From a virus: DNA of 64,000 bases. The notes beneath the pieces were generated by a model. The model did no database searches, was not told the origin of the DNA, and was given only the letters and a program-made list of their open reading frames with translations. The DNA lies in IMG/VR virus record IMGVR_UViG_3300023184_008416, positions 64,001-128,000 of that record; one strand, given 5' to 3'. Positions 51,138 through 59,953 of this stretch are shown here, in pieces (positions within the stretch are counted from its first letter, which is position 1; each line of letters starts with the position of its first letter). The position numbers and the translations under genes are program-made.

Positions 51138-54100
51138 ATGGATTTACCTGACAAAGAACTTGACAAAAAAATTCGATCAATTTTCTTGAACATGCACAAC
51201 GGCATGTTCCCGAGCAATGTGAAATTATTTGAAAAATTCGTAGACGAAAACACGGAAGTCGCACCATGGAACGAAATTGATCCAGACAAATCTGTGTATA
51301 CTGAAGAATTTCAGGGTTTTAAACTCGTAAAAATGATAAAACGTTTAATAATCATTGCCCCAGATCCTGATGATGTTCCTGCATTTAAAAACACAAGCTT
51401 TGGCTCTGGAAAAGGAAAACCCGCGCTCGCAAGATTTGATAAGGGTTTCATTAATCTTAGTGGTAATAAAAAAAATTATTTAATTTTTAATGTAAAAGAT
51501 CAACTTGCATCAACACCTGATGATCGTGCAGCCTTTAACACAACTCAATTTATGAATCGAATGCCTTCAACACTGGTATCGTCAATGATGCCCTACGTTG
51601 ACATAGAATTTGAATACGGCAATCCTCCCGGGTCTCTTAAGTCTGATTTTAAAAACAAGAATGAAAAACCGCCAGGTCTACTGAGATATCTACTCCAGGG
51701 TAACGAACTAGGATCTTTTGACAGATTGATATTACAAAACAGCACGATTTTCCCACCGACCGATTCAACTGCAAACATACGTAGTTATTCCGGAATGGAA
51801 ACTTTTCTTAAGCCCGTGACTCTTGCAGATCCTAATTCATCTGGTCCTGATTCTTTGGATCCCTTTGCACCATTTTTATCTGTTGATTCTTTTACGGTTA
51901 CCAATGTATCGCAGGGTTCAGGAACTGGTGATCTTCAACGCAAGCGAGGTTCTTTGAATATTACTTTACATGATCGCTCAAGATTACCAGAAATCGCCGA
52001 TCTAGTAAGACCTGAATATATTTCTCAAATTAATGTATGGGTAACATACGGTTGGCGTTGTAATAAATACGGAACTGAGGGTGCTGTTTCTGAAAATGAT
52101 GTTTATGAAAAATATTCTGATTTTATTAATGGCAATTTTTTAGTTAAAGACTGTTTCTATGTCAGCAATTCGTCTTTTTCTTTTGAGGGAAATGGCATTA
52201 AGATTTCTTTGACTCTGACTTGCAGAGGGGGAACGGAATCAGAATATCAATCAATTGATGTTGCCTTATTGGAAGACGCTCCTCTTCTTCGGTCGGAAGA
52301 TTTAAGTAAAAATGGTGCAAAAGCGTCTCCAAATCTTCAAAGGATTCAAAACATTGCAACATTACTTGACAGGCTTCGAGCAGAAGAGAAGGGAATTTTA
52401 GATTCCCTTGAACGTTCAAAGAAAAATACGTCGATACTCGGATCTGATATCATTCATAACTTAGATGATTATCCAAATTATGCAGCTATTGACAAAAAAG
52501 AATTAAGTTCAAAACTCGAAGAGATTGAAAATAAATTAAAAGTAAGTCTTGGCGATGAGTTTAAGTCACAGGGTCAACAATTTATGAAAGATTTAAGGGA
52601 GTTGTTGCAACAAAATCAACAAAATAACAATAACTACACCAAAGAAACAGAATTATATGAAGGTCTTACTTCTAGGGTTCAAAAAGTTTTTAAGAAATTA
52701 AAAGAAAAAAATGATGTGTTCATGATTAGCGGTTGGGCTCAACAAACAGGTGCAGCATATGCAGTACCAGATAAAATCAAGGCAGCGGGTGTACCACTTA
52801 CTCTTAATAATGCTAAAATACCTGTAAATAATTTTATGTCTTACGGACATATTTTTTCATCAATTGTCGTCGGTGCTGCACTAAAAACACCAAATGTGAG
52901 AGAAGTACAGGTGCTTTTTTATCCAATGAATCCAACATTTAAAAACAATGATCCTCATTATAAAGAACCACAAAATTTCAATATAAGTTCTTTCCCCTTG
53001 GAGACAGCTGTATTTCTTGACAAATACAGGCGTATGGAAATGCAAACTGGATTAAAAAACAACTTAAAAGTGGGCCACATTATCACGATATTAAAACAAA
53101 TGGTAGAAGACCCCGCAGCAATACCTTATGATCTGCGTCAATATCTTGAACCTTACGATGCCGAACGCAAAGAAACGGACAAAAAAGACGGACCGTCTTG
53201 GCAGAAAACCCTCAATGCTGAAGGGAAACTGGCAAAAGCAAGGTACGAAGAGACAATCATAAAGCCTGAAATTAGTGTTGAAATTGAGAGTTATATGATT
53301 GACACTGGTGAAATCACGGGAGTTCTTAACAACGGATCTGTTGACTTGCTGACACACTTTGAAAAAACGGCGGCTGATTATCGAAGAACGGGTGATGGTC
53401 TTGGATTAGGATTAAGATTTATTGTTTCTGACAAAAGCAGGGGACGTTCTCAATTTAATGAAAAGGGTTTACTACAACAAATCAAACAGTCTAAATCAGA
53501 AGACAGAGGCAAGTTACTTGATCAAACATTAAATGAAATAAACAGTAGTTTAGAAAGACTAAAAATTTTATCCGGAGATCAAAACAACGGTTCCTCGGTC
53601 ATAATGATGGACCCTCAACAGGTTTATAATGATAAAACAAAATCAACAGGCGCTCAATTAAACAAAGATCCCAGTGCAAGGGCAACAGTCTTAAGTGAAT
53701 ATGTCAAATTAATCTTGAATGGCGGAGTTTCTCAACATCCACCCATGGCAATTTTTAATTCTCCGTCAACTCGATTTGTCAAAGAATTGATATCAATGGG
53801 TTATCCAACGATTGTTTATGGTTCTCAAGGATCGGTGATTAAAACGATTTCAGGAGGTTCCAAGATTAATCCCCTGATCGGCGCGTCTAATATGTACGAA
53901 AGTACGACAAAACCGGGACAACCTCTGGCTTCGTCTGGAAAGAACGGCATACCCGTACAAGTTCAGCCTGGAGAAATTAATGTCACTTGTCTTGGGTGTC
54001 CCTTGGTTCGGTACGGACAATTTTTCTTTATTGACATGGGAACAAACACCCAAACCGATAACGTTTACATAGCCACAGGAGTTACACACAATTTTACACC

Positions 54101-54212
54101 CGGCGCTTTTGAGACCCAAATCAAGTTCTCACCATACAATAGATATAACGCATTGCAAGGTCCCAGAGAAATAATCGACTTGTTGGATCAGGTACAACAA
54201 TATCAAAATTGA
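51138..54212 (+). CDS. Baseplate hub-like protein
   Basis: Internal VTYGW and C-terminal INVTCLGCPLVRYGQFFFID...YIATGVTHNFTPGAFETQI, typical of hub folds. Synteny agrees. Confidence 0.6.
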   Translation: MDLPDKELDKKIRSIFLNMHNGMFPSNVKLFEKFVDENTEVAPWNEIDPDKSVYTEEFQGFKLVKMIKRLIIIAPDPDDVPAFKNTSFGSGKGKPALARFDKGFINLSGNKKNYLIFNVKDQLASTPDDRAAFNTTQFMNRMPSTLVSSMMPYVDIEFEYGNPPGSLKSDFKNKNEKPPGLLRYLLQGNELGSFDRLILQNSTIFPPTDSTANIRSYSGMETFLKPVTLADPNSSGPDSLDPFAPFLSVDSFTVTNVSQGSGTGDLQRKRGSLNITLHDRSRLPEIADLVRPEYISQINVWVTYGWRCNKYGTEGAVSENDVYEKYSDFINGNFLVKDCFYVSNSSFSFEGNGIKISLTLTCRGGTESEYQSIDVALLEDAPLLRSEDLSKNGAKASPNLQRIQNIATLLDRLRAEEKGILDSLERSKKNTSILGSDIIHNLDDYPNYAAIDKKELSSKLEEIENKLKVSLGDEFKSQGQQFMKDLRELLQQNQQNNNNYTKETELYEGLTSRVQKVFKKLKEKNDVFMISGWAQQTGAAYAVPDKIKAAGVPLTLNNAKIPVNNFMSYGHIFSSIVVGAALKTPNVREVQVLFYPMNPTFKNNDPHYKEPQNFNISSFPLETAVFLDKYRRMEMQTGLKNNLKVGHIITILKQMVEDPAAIPYDLRQYLEPYDAERKETDKKDGPSWQKTLNAEGKLAKARYEETIIKPEISVEIESYMIDTGEITGVLNNGSVDLLTHFEKTAADYRRTGDGLGLGLRFIVSDKSRGRSQFNEKGLLQQIKQSKSEDRGKLLDQTLNEINSSLERLKILSGDQNNGSSVIMMDPQQVYNDKTKSTGAQLNKDPSARATVLSEYVKLILNGGVSQHPPMAIFNSPSTRFVKELISMGYPTIVYGSQGSVIKTISGGSKINPLIGASNMYESTTKPGQPLASSGKNGIPVQVQPGEINVTCLGCPLVRYGQFFFIDMGTNTQTDNVYIATGVTHNFTPGAFETQIKFSPYNRYNALQGPREIIDLLDQVQQYQN

Positions 54213-54272
54213 ATTATCTTCAGTGTAAAAACAACATGAACACACAGATTTCTTGTTATATCATTTGAATTA

Positions 54273-55478
54273 ATGTCTTTGATTCAAGACGTTTATCTGT
54301 GTCCCGATGTCACGGGTGTTCAGGGTTCAGGTTTGTTGATCTCCACAACGGGAACCTTCACACGTCTATCTCGGCGACCACCTGGAACGTGGTTTTTGCG
54401 GTCTGCCTTGCGACCCAACGATGATTCTCCAAACGTAAACACTGCGTTGCGTCTCGAGGCACGTGATTGTATCGCGGTGCCTTCGCCCAAATTTTCATCA
54501 ACGCTGACTGGTATGCCACAAGGAACGTCACCACCGTGGCCCATGTTGATGCCGCGTCGTGAGTATCTGTCGTACATAAATTCAGTGATTGATTGTGTCA
54601 GAAGCAGTTTGAATCTCTCAGACAATTCATATTACTTGAATGCATGGTCTCAGGTGACTCATTTATTCACGTCAATGCAACGTTTGGTCGCTCCCAATCC
54701 GGTCATGTTTGATGATCAATCGTGTCACGAAGCGGCTTCATTTCGTCCTCGTGGAGGAAAGTGCGACACCATTTCCTACAACAGATTCGGAACACGTACT
54801 GGTCGCTTGACCACGTCGTCAGGTCCACAGATCTTGACACTCAGGAAGGACCACAGAAAATTCTTGAGGTCTCGTTGGGGGGATAATGGTCTGTTATTAT
54901 CGCTGGATTTTTCTGCCCTGGAGGTGAGGCTCCTGATGTCAGATATGGCCGGAATTGTGGTACAACAGGATCCGTACCTGGACCTGTCTGGCGCACTGAT
55001 GGGTGAGTTAAACAGAGAAAAATCCAAGCTTGCTCTGATCTCAACAGTGTACGGATCAACAACCCACGGCCTGTCACAATCCCTCGGTGTCTCTCTGACT
55101 GAGGCCAAACACATTCACTCGACAATTGCTGAACGGTGTGGGGTGGGAGACCTGCTAAAAAGACTGCGATCAGAACACAACAAAAATGGCTTCATCAGAA
55201 ATCGGTATGGGCGCCGGATAGAAACCCCAGATCCAGGCGATGGCCAACTTCTTAACTCTTACTTGCAATCTACTGGTGTCGACGTAGCGCTGCTTGGCTT
55301 TTCTGAAATAATCCGTAGGCTTAATTCCGACCATGCCGTCCCCGTCGCCCTGCTACATGACGCCCTGATTCTGGACACGACCCAAGAGTTTGCAGATAAA
55401 ATTAGTGTTTCGTTGTCGATCCCAGTCCCAGGATTCATCGGCAAGTTTCCAATAAAGGTAAGTGCGTTCAACACTTGA
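54273..55478 (+). CDS. Short family A DNA polymerase-like protein
   Basis: RTGRLT, motif A LDFSALEVRLL, motif B REKSKLALISTVYG, NSYLQSTGVD and motif C LLHDAL. Confidence 0.8.
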   Translation: MSLIQDVYLCPDVTGVQGSGLLISTTGTFTRLSRRPPGTWFLRSALRPNDDSPNVNTALRLEARDCIAVPSPKFSSTLTGMPQGTSPPWPMLMPRREYLSYINSVIDCVRSSLNLSDNSYYLNAWSQVTHLFTSMQRLVAPNPVMFDDQSCHEAASFRPRGGKCDTISYNRFGTRTGRLTTSSGPQILTLRKDHRKFLRSRWGDNGLLLSLDFSALEVRLLMSDMAGIVVQQDPYLDLSGALMGELNREKSKLALISTVYGSTTHGLSQSLGVSLTEAKHIHSTIAERCGVGDLLKRLRSEHNKNGFIRNRYGRRIETPDPGDGQLLNSYLQSTGVDVALLGFSEIIRRLNSDHAVPVALLHDALILDTTQEFADKISVSLSIPVPGFIGKFPIKVSAFNT

Positions 55479-55510
55479 ACTTTTCTATTTTAAGATAATA
55501 AAGTCGATCC

Positions 55511-56104
55511 ATGAGTTTAACACCTGAACAAATTGAAGAGAATTGGAAGAAGTATTATGGTTTGTGCCAAAAAACTTTAGGAGACAGGTCAGCAGCCGCG
55601 ACAGCAATGTTGGACGCCCTGGAAGACAGGTTGGCTGTTTGTCCTGCTTCTGGAAAGGTAGAATTCCACAATGCATTTTTAGGGGGATTGGTAGAACACT
55701 CTTTAAGGGTTCTGTCAAACGCTTTCACCCTGGTCAAAGCATTTGGGTGGGATGTACCAAAGGATTCTTTGGTAATTGGAGCACTTTTTCATGACCTCGG
55801 AAAAGTAGGTGATGATAAAGATGATTATTACGTAGCACAGGATTCTGATTGGCATCGTGAGAAATTGGGAGAGATGTACAAGCACAATAAAGAGATTCGT
55901 TACATGACAGTACCCGATCGTGGTGTCTGGTTGTGTCAGCACTACGGTCTTCGTCTCACTCATGATGAATATTTGGCTATCAAGCTTAATGACGGTTGGG
56001 TTCTGCAAGAGAACAAACAATATTGTCTCAAGGAACCAAAGCTCGCTCACGTCATTATGACTGCAGATTACATTGCTACGATGCAGGAGAAAGGACTTTT
56101 GTGA
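55511..56104 (+). CDS. HD-domain phosphohydrolase (YhaM-like HD)
   Basis: PASG...HNAFLGGLVEHSLRV, LFHDLGKVG and MTAD. Confidence 0.85.
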   Translation: MSLTPEQIEENWKKYYGLCQKTLGDRSAAATAMLDALEDRLAVCPASGKVEFHNAFLGGLVEHSLRVLSNAFTLVKAFGWDVPKDSLVIGALFHDLGKVGDDKDDYYVAQDSDWHREKLGEMYKHNKEIRYMTVPDRGVWLCQHYGLRLTHDEYLAIKLNDGWVLQENKQYCLKEPKLAHVIMTADYIATMQEKGLL

Positions 56105-56124
56105 TCCCTTGATACTTAGGGAAC

Positions 56125-56325
56125 ATGGACGTTAACACACTAAAAAATTACATTGTTGAGATTTTACAAGATATCGCTTTAGATGAAGCAATGGTGGTAG
56201 GAGGAGCTGGCGGAGTACCTCAAATACAAGGTTTTAGTGGACCTTTATCTGGTCCTCCACTACCAAAACTTGCATCTAAAACCAAAAAGCGTGCAAAATC
56301 AAAAAAGAAAAAGAAATCTCAATAA
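56125..56325 (+). CDS. Small basic hypothetical protein
   Basis: N-terminus LKNYIVEILQDIALDE and a Lys-rich tail. ATACTTA motif upstream. Confidence 0.55.
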   Translation: MDVNTLKNYIVEILQDIALDEAMVVGGAGGVPQIQGFSGPLSGPPLPKLASKTKKRAKSKKKKKSQ

Positions 56326-56432
56326 AACTTAAAAGATTATTGTGTGAAACACAACGCACCGTGAGGATTAGAATTTAATTACTGATCACAAATTACTTTG
56401 AGATCGTTTATTAAAAAGGAAAGAGGAAATTT

Positions 56433-57263
56433 ATGGCTATTGATCTAGAGGCGATTCGTCGTAAGGTTGCAGAGCTCAACGGAACTGCAAATAAGAGAAT
56501 GTCAAATGTCCAACTGTGGAAGCCCACAGTGGGAGAATATCGTGTTAGGTGTCTACCTTGGAAGAATACTCCAGAGGGCCAACCTTTCATGGAACGTTGG
56601 TTTTATTACATTGGAACCAATCCTGGAATTCTGGCACCAAATCAGTTTGGAAAGCCAGACCCCATCAATGATTTGATGAAAAAGTTGTATTCTACAGGTA
56701 AGCCCGCCGATCGTGAGCAGGCTAAAAAGTTGCAGGCAAAAATGCGTTGTTATGCTCCTGTCATTGTCAGGGGTGAAGAGGACAAAGGAGTTCAGGTCTG
56801 GTCATTCGGTAAACTTGTGTATCAGCGATTGCTAAGCTTCTTCATTGATTCTGAGATTGGCGACATTCTGTCGCCTACGGATGGATTTGATCTGGTTGTT
56901 AAGATGTCTCAGCCTCCTGGCAAGCAATTTATGGATACGACTGTTGACGCAGCTCGTAGATCTTCCAAATTGTCAGATACTTCTGAACAGGCGCAGAAGT
57001 GGTTGGATGGAATTCCAAATATTGATGACATGTATCGTCTTAAGTCAACAGAGGAGATCACATCAGTTCTCAATTCTTGGATCAATGGTGATTCTGCCCC
57101 AGAGGTTGTTTCCCCCGGTCCTGGAACGTCCAAGGGTTCGGTAAAGACAGATGCGTTAGATGATCTGGTTGCCGAGGTAAAGACGACAGCACCAAAGGTA
57201 AAGAAGGAAGACGGTAAGTCTAAGAAATCTTTAGATGAAGCATTTGATGATCTTATGAGCTAA
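56433..57263 (+). CDS. Single-stranded DNA-binding protein (T4 gp32-like)
   Basis: YRVRCLP, VIVRGEEDKGVQVWSFGK, GFDL and acidic C-terminus LDEAFDDLMS. Confidence 0.85.
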   Translation: MAIDLEAIRRKVAELNGTANKRMSNVQLWKPTVGEYRVRCLPWKNTPEGQPFMERWFYYIGTNPGILAPNQFGKPDPINDLMKKLYSTGKPADREQAKKLQAKMRCYAPVIVRGEEDKGVQVWSFGKLVYQRLLSFFIDSEIGDILSPTDGFDLVVKMSQPPGKQFMDTTVDAARRSSKLSDTSEQAQKWLDGIPNIDDMYRLKSTEEITSVLNSWINGDSAPEVVSPGPGTSKGSVKTDALDDLVAEVKTTAPKVKKEDGKSKKSLDEAFDDLMS

Positions 57264-57284
57264 TTTAGTTTACAATAATCTGTG

Positions 57285-57330
57285 ATCGCCGGGGCATAAA
57301 TTAATTGATTAGCTCCGGCGATTTTTTATT
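57285..57330 (+). terminator. Rho-independent terminator after the SSB gene
   Basis: ATCGCCGGGGC...GCTCCGGCGAT stem followed by TTTTTATT. Confidence 0.7.
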
Positions 57331-57366
57331 TGTCACATGAACCCCTAATGCTGTAGGATAGCGAAC

Positions 57367-58548
57367 ATGGCACGCAAGTTAAACGAAATCACAACAACAC
57401 AAACCAAATCTCCCGCTGATGATATTGCTTCACAACTCATCAAAGATTTAAATAAAACATTTGGAACCAGGGTTGCATATAACCTCAGTGAAGATGAAGC
57501 TCCCACGGTCGTGAAGCGTTGGATTGATACAGGCTCAATTCAACTTGATTATGCAATCAGAAACAGCACCGATGGTGGTTACCCAGAAGGAAGAATCATA
57601 GAAATTTCAGGCCTACCATCATCAGGAAAATCTCACCTCGCTTATCATGCAGCTGCAGTAACACAAAAGTTAGGTGGGTTAGTCGTCTATGTAGACACAG
57701 AAAATGCGACTCCTGTGCAGAAGCTGGCTAACATGGGGATTGATGTTGCGCATAGATTTGTTTATTGCGACACACACTGTACAGAAGAAGTTTTTGCTAT
57801 CATTGAGTCGACGATTCTTAAAGCAAAACAAATCATTGATAAAAACGTTCCAATCTTGGTCATCTGGGACTCTGTGGCAGCGACTTCTCCCAAGGCCGAG
57901 TTGGAAGGCGAGTATGATCAGAATTCCATGGGTCTGCAGGCTCGAGTCATTTCAAAGGGCATGCGTAAAATTACGGGTGTCATCGGGCAGAATAACGTCA
58001 CCCTGCTCTGTTTGAATCAAATTCGTGATAATATTGGAGTGATGCATGGAGATCCATTGACCACCCCTGGTGGCCGTGCGATTCCCTTTCATGCTTCAGT
58101 TAGAATTCGTTTGGGTTCTGGTAGTCCTGTCAAAGACAAGGCTGGCAATATCATTGGCATTCATACGACTGTGACGATTAAGAAAAATAAGGTCGCTGCA
58201 CCCTTTCGTAAGTGTGAGTTTGATATTATCTTTGGGAAGGGTATTGTCGAGGATGAATATCTTTTTGATGAAGTCCGGTCACATTGCAAAGAATCAGGTC
58301 CTGTTAAACGAGGAGGCAAAGACATTAATATTTCCGGCGAAGGTGCATGGAAAGAGTTGGTTGTCACCGACACAAAAACGGGTGAAGTGTTGCTTGAAAA
58401 GAAATTTTATAAATCGGAATTTGGAGAAATGTTAAAGGATGACAAGTACAGGGAATACATAATGTCAGCAATTGATTCAGCACTCACTTTGGTCGGAGGT
58501 GAACCATCCGGTGAAGGCGACGGCGAAGGAGAAACAAGCGATGAGTAA
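57367..58548 (+). CDS. recA: RecA/UvsX-like recombinase
   Basis: TGSIQLD, GGYPEGRIIEISGLPSSGKS, YVDTE, WDSVAA, NQIR, TTPGGRAIPFHASVRI and KNKVAAPF. Confidence 0.95.
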   Translation: MARKLNEITTTQTKSPADDIASQLIKDLNKTFGTRVAYNLSEDEAPTVVKRWIDTGSIQLDYAIRNSTDGGYPEGRIIEISGLPSSGKSHLAYHAAAVTQKLGGLVVYVDTENATPVQKLANMGIDVAHRFVYCDTHCTEEVFAIIESTILKAKQIIDKNVPILVIWDSVAATSPKAELEGEYDQNSMGLQARVISKGMRKITGVIGQNNVTLLCLNQIRDNIGVMHGDPLTTPGGRAIPFHASVRIRLGSGSPVKDKAGNIIGIHTTVTIKKNKVAAPFRKCEFDIIFGKGIVEDEYLFDEVRSHCKESGPVKRGGKDINISGEGAWKELVVTDTKTGEVLLEKKFYKSEFGEMLKDDKYREYIMSAIDSALTLVGGEPSGEGDGEGETSDE

Positions 58549-58996
58549 TTTGAATGAAGCAGCAAATCCTGTATGGGTCAAATATGTTGCATGTGAAGGT
58601 GTTACAGTCCCTAAGTATCAGACTTTAGGTTCCGCGGGGTGTGACTTGCATTCGACAGAAGAGTGTATCGTAAGAGCTAGCGATAGGAGAGTCGTCAACA
58701 CCGGATTGAGACTGGAGTTACCTTCAGGTTACCAAGCTCAAGTTTGTTCCAGATCTGGTTTGGCAGCCAAATACGGGATCATGGTTCTAAATGCGCCTGG
58801 AATTATTGATCAAGACTTTACGGGGGAGATAAAAGTGATCTTGTTTAACTCAGGTAAGGAAGATTTTATTGTCAAAAAAGGCGATAGGATTGCACAACTT
58901 GTTTTCCTTCAAACATATCAGGCTATCTTTCAGAAGTCAGACGAACTACCCGAAACAACCAGAGGTCATGGTGGATTTGGTAGTACAGGCGTCTGA
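58541..58996 (+). CDS. dut: dUTPase (trimeric)
   Basis: All five motifs present: AGCDL, RSGLA, GIIDQDFTGEI, GDRIAQL, RGHGGFGSTG. Confidence 0.95.
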   Translation: MSNLNEAANPVWVKYVACEGVTVPKYQTLGSAGCDLHSTEECIVRASDRRVVNTGLRLELPSGYQAQVCSRSGLAAKYGIMVLNAPGIIDQDFTGEIKVILFNSGKEDFIVKKGDRIAQLVFLQTYQAIFQKSDELPETTRGHGGFGSTGV

Positions 58997-59946
58997 TGAC
59001 AATTGACAAATCAATTCTTATAATTGATGGATCAAACATGTTTATTAGGTGTTATAGCGCCTGCCCTGACATGTCATTACATGGTCACCAGGTCGGTGGA
59101 ACGATAGGCTCTTTGAGGACATTACGTCGTCTTTTAAATGAATTGCAACCTTCAGCCTTGTATCTTGTTTGGGAGGGTGGAGGTTCGTCTCGACGAAAGA
59201 GTCTGTTTTCTGAGTACAAAGAAAATCGTCGACCTGAAAAGCTGAATAGATTCTACGAAGATGATATTCCAGATTCAGACGACAATCGTCAACATCAGCT
59301 TGTGACTCTGATTAATTTGGTTAGGTTTCTTCCAATTAGACAATTATATGTTTCTGACTGTGAGGGAGATGATGTCATTGCTTTTTTGTGCAGAGGACCA
59401 CTACGAGGTTTAAATAAAGTTATTGCATCTTCTGATAAAGACATGTATCAACTTTTAGATCCTTTGACGAGGACATACTCCTTTCACAAGAAACGTTATG
59501 TTACAACTCAAGACGTGTTAGAAGAATTTAGAATATCTTGTGTCAATTTTTCTCTGGCCAAATCACTGTGTGGTGATCCGTCAGACAACATACCCGGTGT
59601 TGAGGGATTAGGTTTTAGGACAGTGGCAAAAAAATTCCCGTTTTTGGGATCAGATAATCCAATTATTTTACAAGATATTTTTGATTATTGTCACTCACGC
59701 GCAAAAGAATCTATCATTTATCGTCGAGTTTTGGAACACCGTGACGAGGTGGAAAGAAATTGGCGTTTAATTCACCTAGATGTTACATCGCTTGCTCCAG
59801 AGCAAATAAAACGTATTGAAACACAACTTAGTACATCAATACCCAAGGGGGATAGGATGTCACTAATTCGAGGTCTGGTTCAAGAGGGAATCGGAGATTT
59901 TGATGTTGAATCAATGTTCTACGCTTTTAACTGTCTAGAACGATAG
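58996..59946 (+). CDS. 5'-3' exonuclease / flap endonuclease (T4 RNase H or PolI 5' nuclease-like)
   Basis: LIIDGSN, YKENR, EGDDVIA, SSDKD and GDPSDNIPGVEGLGFRT. Confidence 0.92.
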   Translation: MTIDKSILIIDGSNMFIRCYSACPDMSLHGHQVGGTIGSLRTLRRLLNELQPSALYLVWEGGGSSRRKSLFSEYKENRRPEKLNRFYEDDIPDSDDNRQHQLVTLINLVRFLPIRQLYVSDCEGDDVIAFLCRGPLRGLNKVIASSDKDMYQLLDPLTRTYSFHKKRYVTTQDVLEEFRISCVNFSLAKSLCGDPSDNIPGVEGLGFRTVAKKFPFLGSDNPIILQDIFDYCHSRAKESIIYRRVLEHRDEVERNWRLIHLDVTSLAPEQIKRIETQLSTSIPKGDRMSLIRGLVQEGIGDFDVESMFYAFNCLER

Positions 59947-59953
59947 GAAAATC

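Noticed and set aside
27282-54212. Extracellular contractile injection system or tailocin
   Set aside because: Portal, protease, capsid, neck and replication genes are all present, so this is a phage tail.
54273-58996. 2-aminoadenine (Z-genome) cluster of PolA, HD and dUTPase
   Set aside because: No PurZ-like gene is in the window, the HD protein looks YhaM-like, and the dUTPase is an ordinary trimeric type. It cannot be excluded for the rest of the genome.
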